A stretch of 64,000 bases of DNA from a virus. Shown here in pieces: positions 27,827-36,937 of this stretch. The stretch is from IMG/VR virus record IMGVR_UViG_3300045973_000675, positions 15,145 to 79,144 of that record; one strand, written 5' to 3'. A program made the translations under genes and the position numbers. The first letter of the stretch is position 1. Each line of letters opens with the position of its first letter. Under the pieces are notes generated by a model. The model made no database searches. It had not been told where the DNA came from and worked only from the letters and a program-made list of their open reading frames with translations.

Positions 27827-28063
27827 TTACGCACTTCCGAGCCTCGCCCCATCGGGCGCGCGACGCTGTGGTGACGACTGCGACAGCCCGGCCGCGGCCC
27901 CGCTGCCGATGCCACGTTGGAGCGTAAATAGGGCGAAGCGCATGCCGTCGAGGAAGGCGTTCTTGCGTGGCTGCCTTGCCAGGTACTCGTCGAGGTTGCG
28001 ACCTTGCGCTTTGATCAGCGTCTCGATGTCGGCGGCGGTGGTGCGAGAGGGCGGTTTCTTCAT
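27827..28063 (-). CDS. Hypothetical protein
   Basis: 78 aa, GGAG RBS. Confidence 0.5.
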   Translation of the reverse strand: MKKPPSRTTAADIETLIKAQGRNLDEYLARQPRKNAFLDGMRFALFTLQRGIGSGAAAGLSQSSPQRRAPDGARLGSA

Positions 28064-28223
28064 TGCTGGTCTCCAATTGAAAAGTTAGGCACCACTCCGC
28101 GTGTTGAGATTGGGGCAGTCCCGGAATGGGGTGCCTCCGGAGCGGTGCCTGGGATATCGGAATCGTCGAGAAATTGCGGCCAGTCGTCCCAACAGGTGAG
28201 GCCGCTGATGTCACAGTCGAACA

Positions 28224-29894
28224 TCACGCCACCGCCGCCATTCCAAATACCTCGCGGCGCTCCAGCACCACGGCCTTGATTAGCGCCTTGACCGTGCCCA
28301 CCGGGCAAGCGTTGCCGATCATCTTGACGGCATCGCGCTTCGTGAGGGGCGAGCCGTCGGCTTTCTCCCAGCGGTACCAGGAAGGGAAGCCCATCGCGAG
28401 GGCGAGCTCGCGCGGTTCGAGCATGCGCAGGCCAATGTCCGTGATGACGTAGCTCGCGCCATCGATGTCGACCGTGACCAGGCCGTGCCTAGCGATGGTC
28501 GTCACCGTATGCAAGGGAATTTCGGGCGACTGGTGCTGGCCGCGCGTGCCGTAGTAGTGGGTGAGAAATGCGGCGACCAACTTTGCGCGCGGCCCGCCTG
28601 CCTGGTCCAGGTCAACCTTGGCGACTGCGTGGTGGTCGACGGCGGTCACCGATCCCAAAGGACTATTGGGGCTCAGTCCAGGTGGAATCTCTCCATTGGG
28701 ACCGCCGCCGTAGTGCTTCGCCAGAAACGCGGCCACGAGCGCGTGGTTGTTACCGCCGGCGTGGATCGTGCGCAGCGGTTCGGTCGCAGGTGCTACGCGC
28801 GGTTCATGGCGTCCGACATGCTCTCCGTGGGCCAATCCTGCGATGAATGGAGTGACGATTCCAGCGTGGTTCCCGCCCGCCGATACGGTGCGCAGCGGTT
28901 CGTCGAGGCCGCCGGCCGCGCTGGCGATATGGCTGTCTTCACCACCGCGGAAGTTCACGACGAACGGCTCGACGGTCGGCACTACCGCGCCAAGTCCGCT
29001 GCCTGACGTGATGGTGCGCATCGGATCCTTTGGATCGTAAACGTACTGCCCGCGGCCGGTCGTTCCCGCGTAGGCCGTGTTCACGATGAACGGCTTACCG
29101 TTGAGCACGAATCTAACAACTCCGGTGGCGATCCTGCGCAGCGTTGCCTCGGCCAGCAGCTTCTTGCGGTCGAAGATGCTTCGGCACGGTAGCGACCAGT
29201 CGATACACTCGGCAGCCGTGCGCCAGGGCAACAGTCCTTCGCCGCCGGCCTTGCGTGGATCGTGGTGGCTGGGCTCCGGCCACACGACCGGATGCCCATC
29301 GCGCGCCGCCTGCAGAAAGAACCGCCGGCGGGTCGTGGGGTCGCCGTAGTCGGCGGCGCACAGGACGCGCCACTCGACCTGGTAACCGAGCTTGCGCAGG
29401 TCATCCACGAAGGCGCGGAAGTCTTCACCCTTGCGTGCCTTGATGGGCTGGCCGTGCTCGTCGAGTGGTCCCCAGTCCATGAACTCGGCCACGTTCTCGA
29501 CCAGCAGCACGTCGACCTTAGCCACGCGCAGCCAGCGGTCAACTACCTCCCAGGCGTGCGAGCGCTGCTGTTCCTCTCGCGGCTTGCCGCCCCGGGCCCG
29601 ACTATGGTGCACACACGAGGGCGAGGCCCAGAGCAGGTCGATGTGCCTCAGGCCGTACGTGGCGGCCGTCACCTGTGTGATGTCCTCTTGATGGACGGAG
29701 ATCCAGGGCAGGTTGCGGCCATGCGTGCCCACGGCCAGATCCCAGTGGTTGATCGCGTGCGACGGAATGTCACGCGACGGGATGCCAAGCTCCTCGAGGG
29801 CGAGGTGCTTGCCAACGGATTCACCACCGCCACCGCAGAAAAGGGAAACCGTCGAGGCCGTCGCGATGCGCTGCCGCTGGGCGCGGGCGCTCAT
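28224..29894 (-). CDS. DNA cytosine-5 methyltransferase
   Basis: LFCGGGG, AINH, ASPSC, ENV, TTRRRFF, RML..EL..AMGFP, IGNAC. Confidence 0.93.
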   Translation of the reverse strand: MSARAQRQRIATASTVSLFCGGGGESVGKHLALEELGIPSRDIPSHAINHWDLAVGTHGRNLPWISVHQEDITQVTAATYGLRHIDLLWASPSCVHHSRARGGKPREEQQRSHAWEVVDRWLRVAKVDVLLVENVAEFMDWGPLDEHGQPIKARKGEDFRAFVDDLRKLGYQVEWRVLCAADYGDPTTRRRFFLQAARDGHPVVWPEPSHHDPRKAGGEGLLPWRTAAECIDWSLPCRSIFDRKKLLAEATLRRIATGVVRFVLNGKPFIVNTAYAGTTGRGQYVYDPKDPMRTITSGSGLGAVVPTVEPFVVNFRGGEDSHIASAAGGLDEPLRTVSAGGNHAGIVTPFIAGLAHGEHVGRHEPRVAPATEPLRTIHAGGNNHALVAAFLAKHYGGGPNGEIPPGLSPNSPLGSVTAVDHHAVAKVDLDQAGGPRAKLVAAFLTHYYGTRGQHQSPEIPLHTVTTIARHGLVTVDIDGASYVITDIGLRMLEPRELALAMGFPSWYRWEKADGSPLTKRDAVKMIGNACPVGTVKALIKAVVLERREVFGMAAVA

Positions 29895-30124
29895 CGTGGC
29901 GACCTCGCGGCGAACATGGCGAAGAGAGCGCGCACCCGCTTGCGCAGGGAACGCTTGGGCTTGACGTGGGCTGGGGTTGCGGCCTTGAGCAGGTACGGTC
30001 GACCCGACGGCTTGAGTAGAACACGCGGCCCCCTGACCCTTCCCAGGTCACTTACCTCGTAGCGTGGAAACCCGGCCACCGGGCGCCACTCTTCCGCTTC
30101 TACGTCGTTCGTTTGGCGCGCCAA
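29891..30124 (-). pseudogene. NUMOD4 fragment (homing-endonuclease remnant)
   Basis: EEWRPVAGFPRYEVSDLGRVR with no HNH core following. Confidence 0.6.
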
Positions 30125-30170
30125 AGCACCCGCGACCGCCACAACATTGCGGGACGGTTCGGTTAGCTCA

Positions 30171-30213
30171 GCGCGCCCGACATGACTCGAACATGTAACC
30201 CCCGGCTTCGTAG
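30171..30213 (-). other. attP core: 3' half of tRNA-Arg(ACG)
   Basis: CTACGAA GCCGG GGGTT ACATG TTCGAGT CATGT CGGGCGC G = anticodon loop, 3' stem, variable loop, T-arm, acceptor 3' strand; 5' half absent; about 235 bp downstream of the integrase. Confidence 0.85.
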
Positions 30214-30377
30214 TTCCGAACACCAGGCAGTCGTGGATCTCTCGCGCGCCCGAGGGGCCACTTGCTCCAACCGATTCGACTCCCAGCGGATCAGGTTGTG
30301 GACAAGATGCTACTGGGGGAGGAACACTCGAAGAAGCGAGTGGCCTCTCTGGCACGCGAAAATCTAAAGCAGCAACC

Positions 30378-30420
30378 TTATCCACGTATCCAAGGTGGAC
30401 CCGTTGCGATTCGCTGTCAA
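30378..30420 (-). promoter_or_regulatory. Sigma-70-type promoter with an adjacent DnaA-box-like 9-mer
   Basis: TTGACA-N17-CACCTT; TTATCCACG at 30378-30386 on the + strand. Confidence 0.4.
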
Positions 30421-30448
30421 GATACTTTCTGGTATCCCGGAACTTTTT

Positions 30449-31453
30449 CTACAGTTCTGCTCTCGCCGGCCTTCCCTTGATCGCGTTGACCATCATCTCG
30501 TTCGTCGGCCTGATGTAGTGGCGCGTGTCTACCGTTGGCCGGCGCGCCCCGATGAAAGTGCCGTCGATGGCAAACTCCGGGCTGCCAGCGTGGCCCTGCG
30601 CGATCCTGATGTAGCTTTCCGTGTAGCCCCTGGCGGCGAGCATCGAAGCGAAAGACCGGCGCAGATCGCGGCTTGGGCACACGCGCGGCATCTCGCAGCG
30701 GTCGCTCGCGGAGTTGAACGCTTTGGACAACCCCCACACCCTCCCCAGGATGAGCGATTCAGTCGATCCCGGTTCGGCAAGAATTTCGGTGGCCGCCTTC
30801 TGTAGCTCTTCCTCCATTGGAATCCAGCACGGCTTGCAGCTCGGGTATTTGTGGTTGCGCCGCCAGAAGCGACCGCGGGCGATCACGTTGCCATCGTCGT
30901 CCTTCCACTCGTAGAGAGGATCGAGCATCCACCGGGCAAACGTCCAGATGTCCGTCGAGTGGTGGCCGGTCCACATCGCCAGATCCGCGTAGGTGCGGAA
31001 GCGACCGCACATCGCCAGTCGCAGCCGATTGAATTCGGCAACACCAAGTGCCCGCTGGCCAGGCCTGCCATCGTTCTTGATGAACGGAAGATCGGGAACC
31101 TCGTCGCGCTTGATGATCTTCCTTCCCGCCGCGTACTTGATGGCCGCGCGCAAGTGCCAGAAGCGTTTTTTGATGGTCACACCCATCATTCCACGCCCCA
31201 TCGGCCCCTCTTTCGCCAACGCCGATTCGAGCTCTTCGAGGCCAATGGAGTCGATGGGGCACGACTCTCCGAAGACACCAAGAAGCCAGTTTTCCTTCTC
31301 GCCATAGTCGCGCAATGTCTCCTCTGCCAGATGCGGCGCTTTCATCCGCTTGTACGCCGACAGAGCCTCCTTGAGCGTCCCGCGCGGCCAGAATTGCAAC
31401 TCCATCTGGTAGGGGCTCGAATTCCGGGCAAAGCTACGCTGTACCGTCTGCAT
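30449..31453 (-). CDS. Tyrosine recombinase / integrase with an atypical active site
   Basis: TGHH (usually TGxR), NHK, RDLRRSFAS, QGH, RHY; AGGAG RBS; adjacent to attP. Confidence 0.85.
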   Translation of the reverse strand: MQTVQRSFARNSSPYQMELQFWPRGTLKEALSAYKRMKAPHLAEETLRDYGEKENWLLGVFGESCPIDSIGLEELESALAKEGPMGRGMMGVTIKKRFWHLRAAIKYAAGRKIIKRDEVPDLPFIKNDGRPGQRALGVAEFNRLRLAMCGRFRTYADLAMWTGHHSTDIWTFARWMLDPLYEWKDDDGNVIARGRFWRRNHKYPSCKPCWIPMEEELQKAATEILAEPGSTESLILGRVWGLSKAFNSASDRCEMPRVCPSRDLRRSFASMLAARGYTESYIRIAQGHAGSPEFAIDGTFIGARRPTVDTRHYIRPTNEMMVNAIKGRPARAEL

Positions 31454-31554
31454 GCTAGGTCTCCTGGTTTTCGGGGAAATGCGCGCTCTACTCCTGCACG
31501 ACATCCCTGGTAACGAGGCCCGGCGCACTGGCGCAATGACTACGCCGCTGGGCA

Positions 31555-31655
31555 CCATATGCCTCACTCACTGCGTGTCAACTATCACGGCGGAAAATCA
31601 ACTGGTGTGCCGCGATACAGATCACACCCTAGACTAGGGATATTATCCCTGTCAA
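31555..31655 (-). promoter_or_regulatory. Tandem TTGACA promoters and operator upstream of the integrase
   Basis: TTGACA-N18-TAGGGT with AGGGATA-A-TATCCCT inverted repeat in the spacer; second TTGACA-N16-TATGGT. Confidence 0.6.
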
Positions 31656-31665
31656 GCAGAAATCG

Positions 31666-31833
31666 TTACGGCTTTGACGGCCGCGCTTTCGGCATCATGC
31701 CCTTGCCTGTCCAACCGGACCGTCGCTGAATCCACTCCGACCGGGTGACTCCGGCCTTCGCCGCGAGCGCGTCCACCCTCGCCAGCGCGTCGACCGAAAA
31801 CTTGACTGAGGTCGGAGGGACCTTGCGACCCAT
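31666..31833 (-). CDS. CopG-like RHH repressor
   Basis: PTSVKFSVDALARVDALAAKAGVTRSEWI. Confidence 0.75.
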   Translation of the reverse strand: MGRKVPPTSVKFSVDALARVDALAAKAGVTRSEWIQRRSGWTGKGMMPKARPSKP

Positions 31834-32095
31834 CCCTGCTGAAATGTAGCGATTGCCCATGCGGGTAGGGATACTACCGAAGCGCCCGATCGTCCACGAC
31901 GTGGCTACCCCTCCCCCGGATTCATCCGCCTGTCCGCAATCACGACGTCCGGGTCGGGCGACCCCACCGCGCACCCGACGTGACACACGTGGCGACGCGC
32001 ATCCGAGAGCCTGGCCTCATTGTCCACGCGCAGCCAGCCTTCGAGGCGCCAGTTGAGCGGCGGGAGCATTCCAGGTGGTTGGCAAAGCGAGTCCG

Positions 32096-32494
32096 TCACG
32101 AGGCGATGCCCTCGCAGTGGTTCACCAGGCGAGCACTCCACAGTGCCTGGAACCTCGCCACCTGCTCGGACTGCCACGCGCGTCGACCTTCTCTGTCCAT
32201 CCCTCGAAAAACGCCGGCCGCTGCGTGGAAATCACGGTGGGACTGTCTGCACATAGGCATCCCGCGTTCGTGGCCGGCCTTGGTCCCGAGCCCTCGATTC
32301 TGGGTGTCGTGGTGGACCTCGACGGGTGCTCGGCAGTGCTCGTGGCCGGGGGCACAGCAGGGGAGCGAGTGCAGCCAGTCGAGACGCTCGCGATCCTCGG
32401 GCGATGGCTGGCGGGGCTTGCGCGCTCGCTGGCGCATGGGCTTCGATCGGCGCATGGGCTTGCGCGCGCGAAGCTTGGCGTAACGACGGAGCAT
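32096..32494 (-). CDS. HNH-like (DUF968/Ref-like) nuclease
   Basis: LDWLHSLPCC...VEVHH...GLGTK...PMCRQSHRDFH, basic N-terminus. Confidence 0.7.
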   Translation of the reverse strand: MLRRYAKLRARKPMRRSKPMRQRARKPRQPSPEDRERLDWLHSLPCCAPGHEHCRAPVEVHHDTQNRGLGTKAGHERGMPMCRQSHRDFHAAAGVFRGMDREGRRAWQSEQVARFQALWSARLVNHCEGIAS

Positions 32495-32796
32495 CAGCGC
32501 GACCTATTGGGCAGCCGAAAGAATCGGCGCAGCCATCGCAGCAGCCCTCCGCGTGACTGGCCTCTGCGCCACCAGCACCGCATGTACTTGCGACGCATGT
32601 CGAATTGCTGGACAAAGCGCAGCCACCAACAATCGGGGCACAGCTCAGATTTCCACTGTGGCGGGCGCATCTTGCAGCCTGGACACAGGAGGCCGTCGCT
32701 GGGGATGGCCAGGCTGGCGAGTTCGGCCTTGCGCTTCTCGCGTGCTGGCTTGCGCTTCAGGCGCTTTGCGATGGAGCGCTGGCGCTCGGTGGTCAT
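32494..32796 (-). CDS. Small Zn-finger protein
   Basis: CPGC...CPDC; coupled start. Confidence 0.5.
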   Translation of the reverse strand: MTTERQRSIAKRLKRKPAREKRKAELASLAIPSDGLLCPGCKMRPPQWKSELCPDCWWLRFVQQFDMRRKYMRCWWRRGQSRGGLLRWLRRFFRLPNRSR

Positions 32797-33095
32797 GTTC
32801 CAGCGTCCCGTTCTGCCGCTTCCAATTGCACGATCCGCGCCGCCGCCCTGGCATCACCGCGAGCAATGACATCGGCGGCGTGTCTCGCGGACGTGATGAC
32901 CTCACCACCGACAGTGCGTGAGGTTTTGAGCAGAGTCACGACTTCGGCGATTGCTTGGGCGTAGCCTTGCTCGCGCATGGCTTCGTTCTGCGCACGTAGG
33001 CGATCAATCTCCGTTGACAGTTCAGCCGCGATGCAGGGGAAGCAGTCGCCGAGCACTAGGTCGGGATCTAGCCGTCCGCACTTCACACACTTCAT
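32793..33095 (-). CDS. Hypothetical Zn-finger / coiled-coil protein
   Basis: MKCVKC...CFPC. Confidence 0.5.
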   Translation of the reverse strand: MKCVKCGRLDPDLVLGDCFPCIAAELSTEIDRLRAQNEAMREQGYAQAIAEVVTLLKTSRTVGGEVITSARHAADVIARGDARAAARIVQLEAAERDAGT

Positions 33096-33186
33096 CGTTG
33101 CACCTTGGCCGGGGCCGCGTTCCCGCATCCCGGTGTTGAGCAATGTCCGGTGGCAGGGTCTTGCGGGGCTTTGCAGTAGGGGCACC

Positions 33187-33636
33187 TCATGGTCGAAACT
33201 CGAATTGAGGTTCCGCGATCTCTGGCCCCGAACTTTCGGCCTCGGCCGTTGGCTCCGGCGCCATGATCTGGCACACCAGAAGCGCGCCCTGGGCGAGTAG
33301 CTGCGGGGCCTTGTTGACCCGGCGGATATTGTGGATCACGGTGGCGTGATGGAATCCGCCGAGGTGCTGGCCAATCTCGGGCAAGCTGGCGTCGCTGCAC
33401 TTCCGCATGACCCACATAGTGACGGCGCGGATGTTGGCCAGCAGCCGGTGGCGTTCGCCGCTGGCCAGGTCCCTCCGCTTGATCTGGTAGTGGGCACAGC
33501 ACTTCTCGATCACGTCGTCGAGAATTGGCAACGGCTGCACAACCCTCCCAATGGCAATAGAATCGACCGCAGCGTCCAGGCCGTAGGCGTTGAAGACGGC
33601 GCAGAAAAGCGCCAGGTTTTCGTTGTGCGTGCTCAT
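33187..33636 (-). CDS. DnaA C-terminal (domain IV) HTH protein
   Basis: VIEKCCAHYQI...RAVTMWVMRK...SLPEIGQHLGGFHHATVIH. Confidence 0.85.
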   Translation of the reverse strand: MSTHNENLALFCAVFNAYGLDAAVDSIAIGRVVQPLPILDDVIEKCCAHYQIKRRDLASGERHRLLANIRAVTMWVMRKCSDASLPEIGQHLGGFHHATVIHNIRRVNKAPQLLAQGALLVCQIMAPEPTAEAESSGPEIAEPQFEFRP

Positions 33637-33962
33637 GCATTCCCCTTTCGCAGCCAGCGCTGCACCCAATTACCGTTGCCCACGCGCTTCCGGAGGCTGG
33701 CCACCTCTGCACTCAGCCGCGCGTTCTGGGCCATCAATCCGCCGTAGAGCGTACCCAGCGCATCCTCAGCGCGTGCGAATTGCTTCTGGTCAAGCTCAGC
33801 GTGGTCACAGTCAATCTTCTCGCAACGCCCATCCGCGCACGGATCGCAGCACATGAACTCGACGGGGCCGCCTGCCAGCACGGGGCCGCCAGTGTCTCCT
33901 GGGCGCGGGTCTGGTCCGCTGTCGTCGGGTTCGCCCCAGGGGTGGCCGGAGAAGCTAGCCAT
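33633..33962 (-). CDS. Hypothetical protein
   Basis: Coupled ORF. Confidence 0.45.
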   Translation of the reverse strand: MASFSGHPWGEPDDSGPDPRPGDTGGPVLAGGPVEFMCCDPCADGRCEKIDCDHAELDQKQFARAEDALGTLYGGLMAQNARLSAEVASLRKRVGNGNWVQRWLRKGNA

Positions 33963-34419
33963 GCGGCGCGTCCATTTCCGCGATGTCGAAGAACTTGGCC
34001 GCGTCCATCCCTCGCGCGTGGTTCTTGGCCATGGGGATGAGGTAGCGAAGATTCGGCAGCACCGCCCAGTGGCCAAGGTCTTCCACCTGGACGACTTGCG
34101 TGACGCCCTCGCCAACGTCGATAGCGCTCAGATCGGGCGGGAATTCCAACATCACCTTGGCATGGAACAAATGGACCTCCCAGCCGTCTCCGTTGGTGCC
34201 GTGGAGTCGTCCGAAGGGCTGGAACTGCGGCTCCATATCGTAGCCCGCCGTCTCCTCGCGGAACTCGCGCGCCATTGCTTGGGTCGGTGTCTCTCCCTCC
34301 TCGATCTTGCCGCCGAGTCCGTTCAGCTTCCCGAATTGCCAATCGGGCTTGGCCTTGAGAATCAGCAGCACGTTGTGGTAGCCGAAGTCGAATGCGAAGC
34401 CGAGCACATAGCGTTTCAT
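33955..34419 (-). CDS. Nudix hydrolase
   Basis: GGKIEEGETPTQAMAREFREET Nudix box. Confidence 0.9.
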   Translation of the reverse strand: MKRYVLGFAFDFGYHNVLLILKAKPDWQFGKLNGLGGKIEEGETPTQAMAREFREETAGYDMEPQFQPFGRLHGTNGDGWEVHLFHAKVMLEFPPDLSAIDVGEGVTQVVQVEDLGHWAVLPNLRYLIPMAKNHARGMDAAKFFDIAEMDAPHG

Positions 34420-34673
34420 GGGGCATCTCCCGTCTCATGCCCAGGGCATCCGGACTTGTGGTCGAATCCCGGGCACTCCTTGGACTCACACCCCGGCACG
34501 ACCTCGCGACCAAGGAAGGCCTGGTCCATCCAAAAGGTGCGGATGTCGTAGGTGGTACGAAGGGCGCGGCCGGAGTCGTCGGTGATTTCGCCGGCCCAGT
34601 CCTCAACCAATTGCCGGTCGGACTTACGCAGGTTGCCCCGCACTGAGACGCTGAGATGTCGACGTGTCCCCAT
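34416..34673 (-). CDS. Conserved phage protein
   Basis: HLSVSVRG...CPGFDHKSGCPGH. Confidence 0.6.
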   Translation of the reverse strand: MGTRRHLSVSVRGNLRKSDRQLVEDWAGEITDDSGRALRTTYDIRTFWMDQAFLGREVVPGCESKECPGFDHKSGCPGHETGDAP

Positions 34674-34675
34674 GG

Positions 34676-35236
34676 CTACGACCGCCCCTCCGCCCGCAAT
34701 TCCTTCATTCGCGCGCAGAGCTTCGGCGCCGTCCCGCTCGGCAGTTCCTCCTCGTACAGCGCCGTCAGGGTGTCCCACTCGCGCACCAGCGGGCCCCACG
34801 CCGGGTAGCCATCCGCCACCGCGGGAAGCTTCGCGCGCATCCACGGGAACAATTTCAGCAGGCGATGGCACCGACCGAAGTCGCTGGGATCCATCGGGGT
34901 CGAGGGATGCTCGGGTGTATCTCCGATGGCTACCCGGCAGATCGTTTTTGACGAATACCCAGTGTCCGGCCCTTGCAACCATTCACGCGGCGTCTTGACT
35001 TTCAGCCGCTCGCACACTTCTGGCTTGTGGCCGAATTCCAAGCAATAGGTGCAAGCCTCTCCCTTCGGTCCGAGCTTGCAGCGCCGGTGCTCGTCAGCGA
35101 ATGAATTCAGGATCGCCGCGTAGACACCCGCGGGCGCGGGCAAGCTCGGCAGGTAAGTTCCCCCACAGTGCAAGCACTGCAACAGGCCTTTGTGGGCGGG
35201 ATTGGCGATCACGTGTTCGGCGGTCTTCTTGGGCAT
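34676..35236 (-). CDS. Conserved phage protein
   Basis: DTGYSSKTI, PMDPSDFGRCHRLL; AGGAG RBS. Confidence 0.65.
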   Translation of the reverse strand: MPKKTAEHVIANPAHKGLLQCLHCGGTYLPSLPAPAGVYAAILNSFADEHRRCKLGPKGEACTYCLEFGHKPEVCERLKVKTPREWLQGPDTGYSSKTICRVAIGDTPEHPSTPMDPSDFGRCHRLLKLFPWMRAKLPAVADGYPAWGPLVREWDTLTALYEEELPSGTAPKLCARMKELRAEGRS

Positions 35237-35239
35237 CGG

Positions 35240-35752
35240 TCATTCTCCTGGCATGGTCCACGGAATCAACGAAGCGTCGGCGCGTAGGTAAAGGGGATGG
35301 CGAGGCCACCCTGCCTGCGTGACGCCCAAGCAGTGCAGCGGCTTGCCGTCCGCCAGCTCGACCAGGCGCCGGGCCCGGGCGGCGGCCAGCGGGAACGCGC
35401 CCCACCCCACAACGATGACGGCCGCGGCAGCCATCCGCTCGGCGATGACCTGGTCGTTGTCGGGCCCGACAGGGTCGGCGAGGTGATGTAGGCCCTTGGG
35501 GTCGGTCGAGCGGAATCCATACATGTTCACCATCTCAAAGCGCGCATACCCAAGGCGCCGGGTGAACCCGATGAATCTCACCATCGTCGGGTCGAGGATT
35601 AGGTGAGTGGCCGTCGATGGGTTCAAGCCACAGCCGAGGACCGCGCCCTCGCGCGCTCCAATCTCCTCCCATTGCCTCCACAGCAAGTAGCGATAGGTCT
35701 CACAGTCGGAGAAGACAGCGCCGGCGAACTTGGATGGGGAGCGGGTGATCAT
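35240..35752 (-). CDS. DUF1643 family protein
   Basis: YRYLLWR, LNPSTA, DPT, NMYGFRSTDP, GWG, PRHPLY. Confidence 0.9.
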   Translation of the reverse strand: MITRSPSKFAGAVFSDCETYRYLLWRQWEEIGAREGAVLGCGLNPSTATHLILDPTMVRFIGFTRRLGYARFEMVNMYGFRSTDPKGLHHLADPVGPDNDQVIAERMAAAAVIVVGWGAFPLAAARARRLVELADGKPLHCLGVTQAGWPRHPLYLRADASLIPWTMPGE

Positions 35753-36381
35753 GGTGTCTCTCCAAATAGTTCCTGTTGCGGTCGTTTCGCGCGTGCCCGC
35801 CTGGCGGCCAACTTCTTCGTCGCGTCCTTGTGGCAGCGCAGGCAAACGGTGCGCAGATTTTCTAGCCCGCATTCCCCGCCGCCCTCGATGACCGGCACAA
35901 TGTGGTCGGCCTCCCAGAGGTGGCGGATCGAAATGTTACCCCGCCAGTGGCTGGTCGCGACCCAGTGGCCAGCCCACAGGCTCAGCAGAGTCACCATGAT
36001 CTCAAGCTGCTGGTGACGACGCTCGTGCGACCGAAATGGCATCATGTGGACTTCCTCGTCGTCACGCGTCCACGCGGACCTGAATTGCCCATCCTTCCAG
36101 GTCCTGCCAAATGCCAGCGTGTGGAGACGATCGGCGATCCGTTGCAGACGGTCGGTGTCGATGTGGCAAACCGAGCACACCCCGTGGTCGCGCTTGTGGA
36201 CCTGGCGGCGGGCATAAGCAGGATCCGTCCGGATGTTCCACTCGTGGACGCAGTCCTCGCCACAGAAGGTCCGTCGCCCCTTCGGAACAGGCTTCTCGCA
36301 CCACCGGCAGAGCGCACGTCCGGTCTCGTCGCGCTTGAGCTTCGTGTAGATGGCGCTGGGCATTGCGCGGCGAGTACTCAC
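35749..36381 (-). CDS. HNH endonuclease
   Basis: RDHGVCSVC...WEADHIVPVIEGGGECGLENLRTVCLRCH. Confidence 0.9.
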   Translation of the reverse strand: MSTRRAMPSAIYTKLKRDETGRALCRWCEKPVPKGRRTFCGEDCVHEWNIRTDPAYARRQVHKRDHGVCSVCHIDTDRLQRIADRLHTLAFGRTWKDGQFRSAWTRDDEEVHMMPFRSHERRHQQLEIMVTLLSLWAGHWVATSHWRGNISIRHLWEADHIVPVIEGGGECGLENLRTVCLRCHKDATKKLAARRARAKRPQQELFGETP

Positions 36382-36638
36382 AGCTTCAGTTCCTCTTGCT
36401 TCGGTGCCAGCTTCGCGTGCGGCGGGCAGAAATCACGATCCGGCCCGGCGTGCACGGCGTGCTGCCCGCACAGCTCGGCGTCACAGGTCCCGGCCACGCC
36501 CGCGCGGGTGACAGGGTAGTCGCACAGCCGGCAGTGAGGGCGCGTGCATCCCGGACTCGAGCACGGGGCGGGACGATGGCCGCGGGTGCAGATGATGCCC
36601 GTGGTGCCGTTTCCCAGGTTGAAGGGTATGCAGGGCAT
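36378..36638 (-). CDS. Cys-rich phage protein
   Basis: LCDYP...TCDAELC...DFCPPH. Confidence 0.6.
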   Translation of the reverse strand: MPCIPFNLGNGTTGIICTRGHRPAPCSSPGCTRPHCRLCDYPVTRAGVAGTCDAELCGQHAVHAGPDRDFCPPHAKLAPKQEELKL

Positions 36639-36640
36639 GA

Positions 36641-36937
36641 CTAGGGAACCTCGCAGTCGACGCAATCGCAGTCCCCGGGGTGTTGCTCGTCCCCAAGGTC
36701 GTCCTCGTCGCAGTTGTCGTCGTCGAATTCGCCCCACAGCCTTGCAGCGGGCTTCGGCATGTCGTCAGGGTACTGGTCCAGGACCTCGCGCAGAAACTCG
36801 CGCAGCGGGAAGTCAACCCCGAGAACGACGGTGACGCCGGCATTCGACGTGACCTCCAGTTGCCACTCGGTGCGCGGGTTGGGGGTCAGTACCTTGCAGA
36901 TGCGGATGGAGCCGTCGAGGAGTTGGGTGGTGGCCAT
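36641..36937 (-). CDS. Hypothetical protein
   Basis: Acidic C-terminus with CDCVDC. Confidence 0.5.
   Translation of the reverse strand: MATTQLLDGSIRICKVLTPNPRTEWQLEVTSNAGVTVVLGVDFPLREFLREVLDQYPDDMPKPAARLWGEFDDDNCDEDDLGDEQHPGDCDCVDCEVP

Noticed and set aside
30171-30250. Complete tRNA-Arg gene
   Set aside because: The 5' anticodon stem, D-arm and 5' acceptor strand are missing and there is no CCA; it fits an att core
29891-30385. 164-aa ORF as a real full-length gene
   Set aside because: It runs through the attP core and promoter region; only the NUMOD4-like 3' part looks like protein
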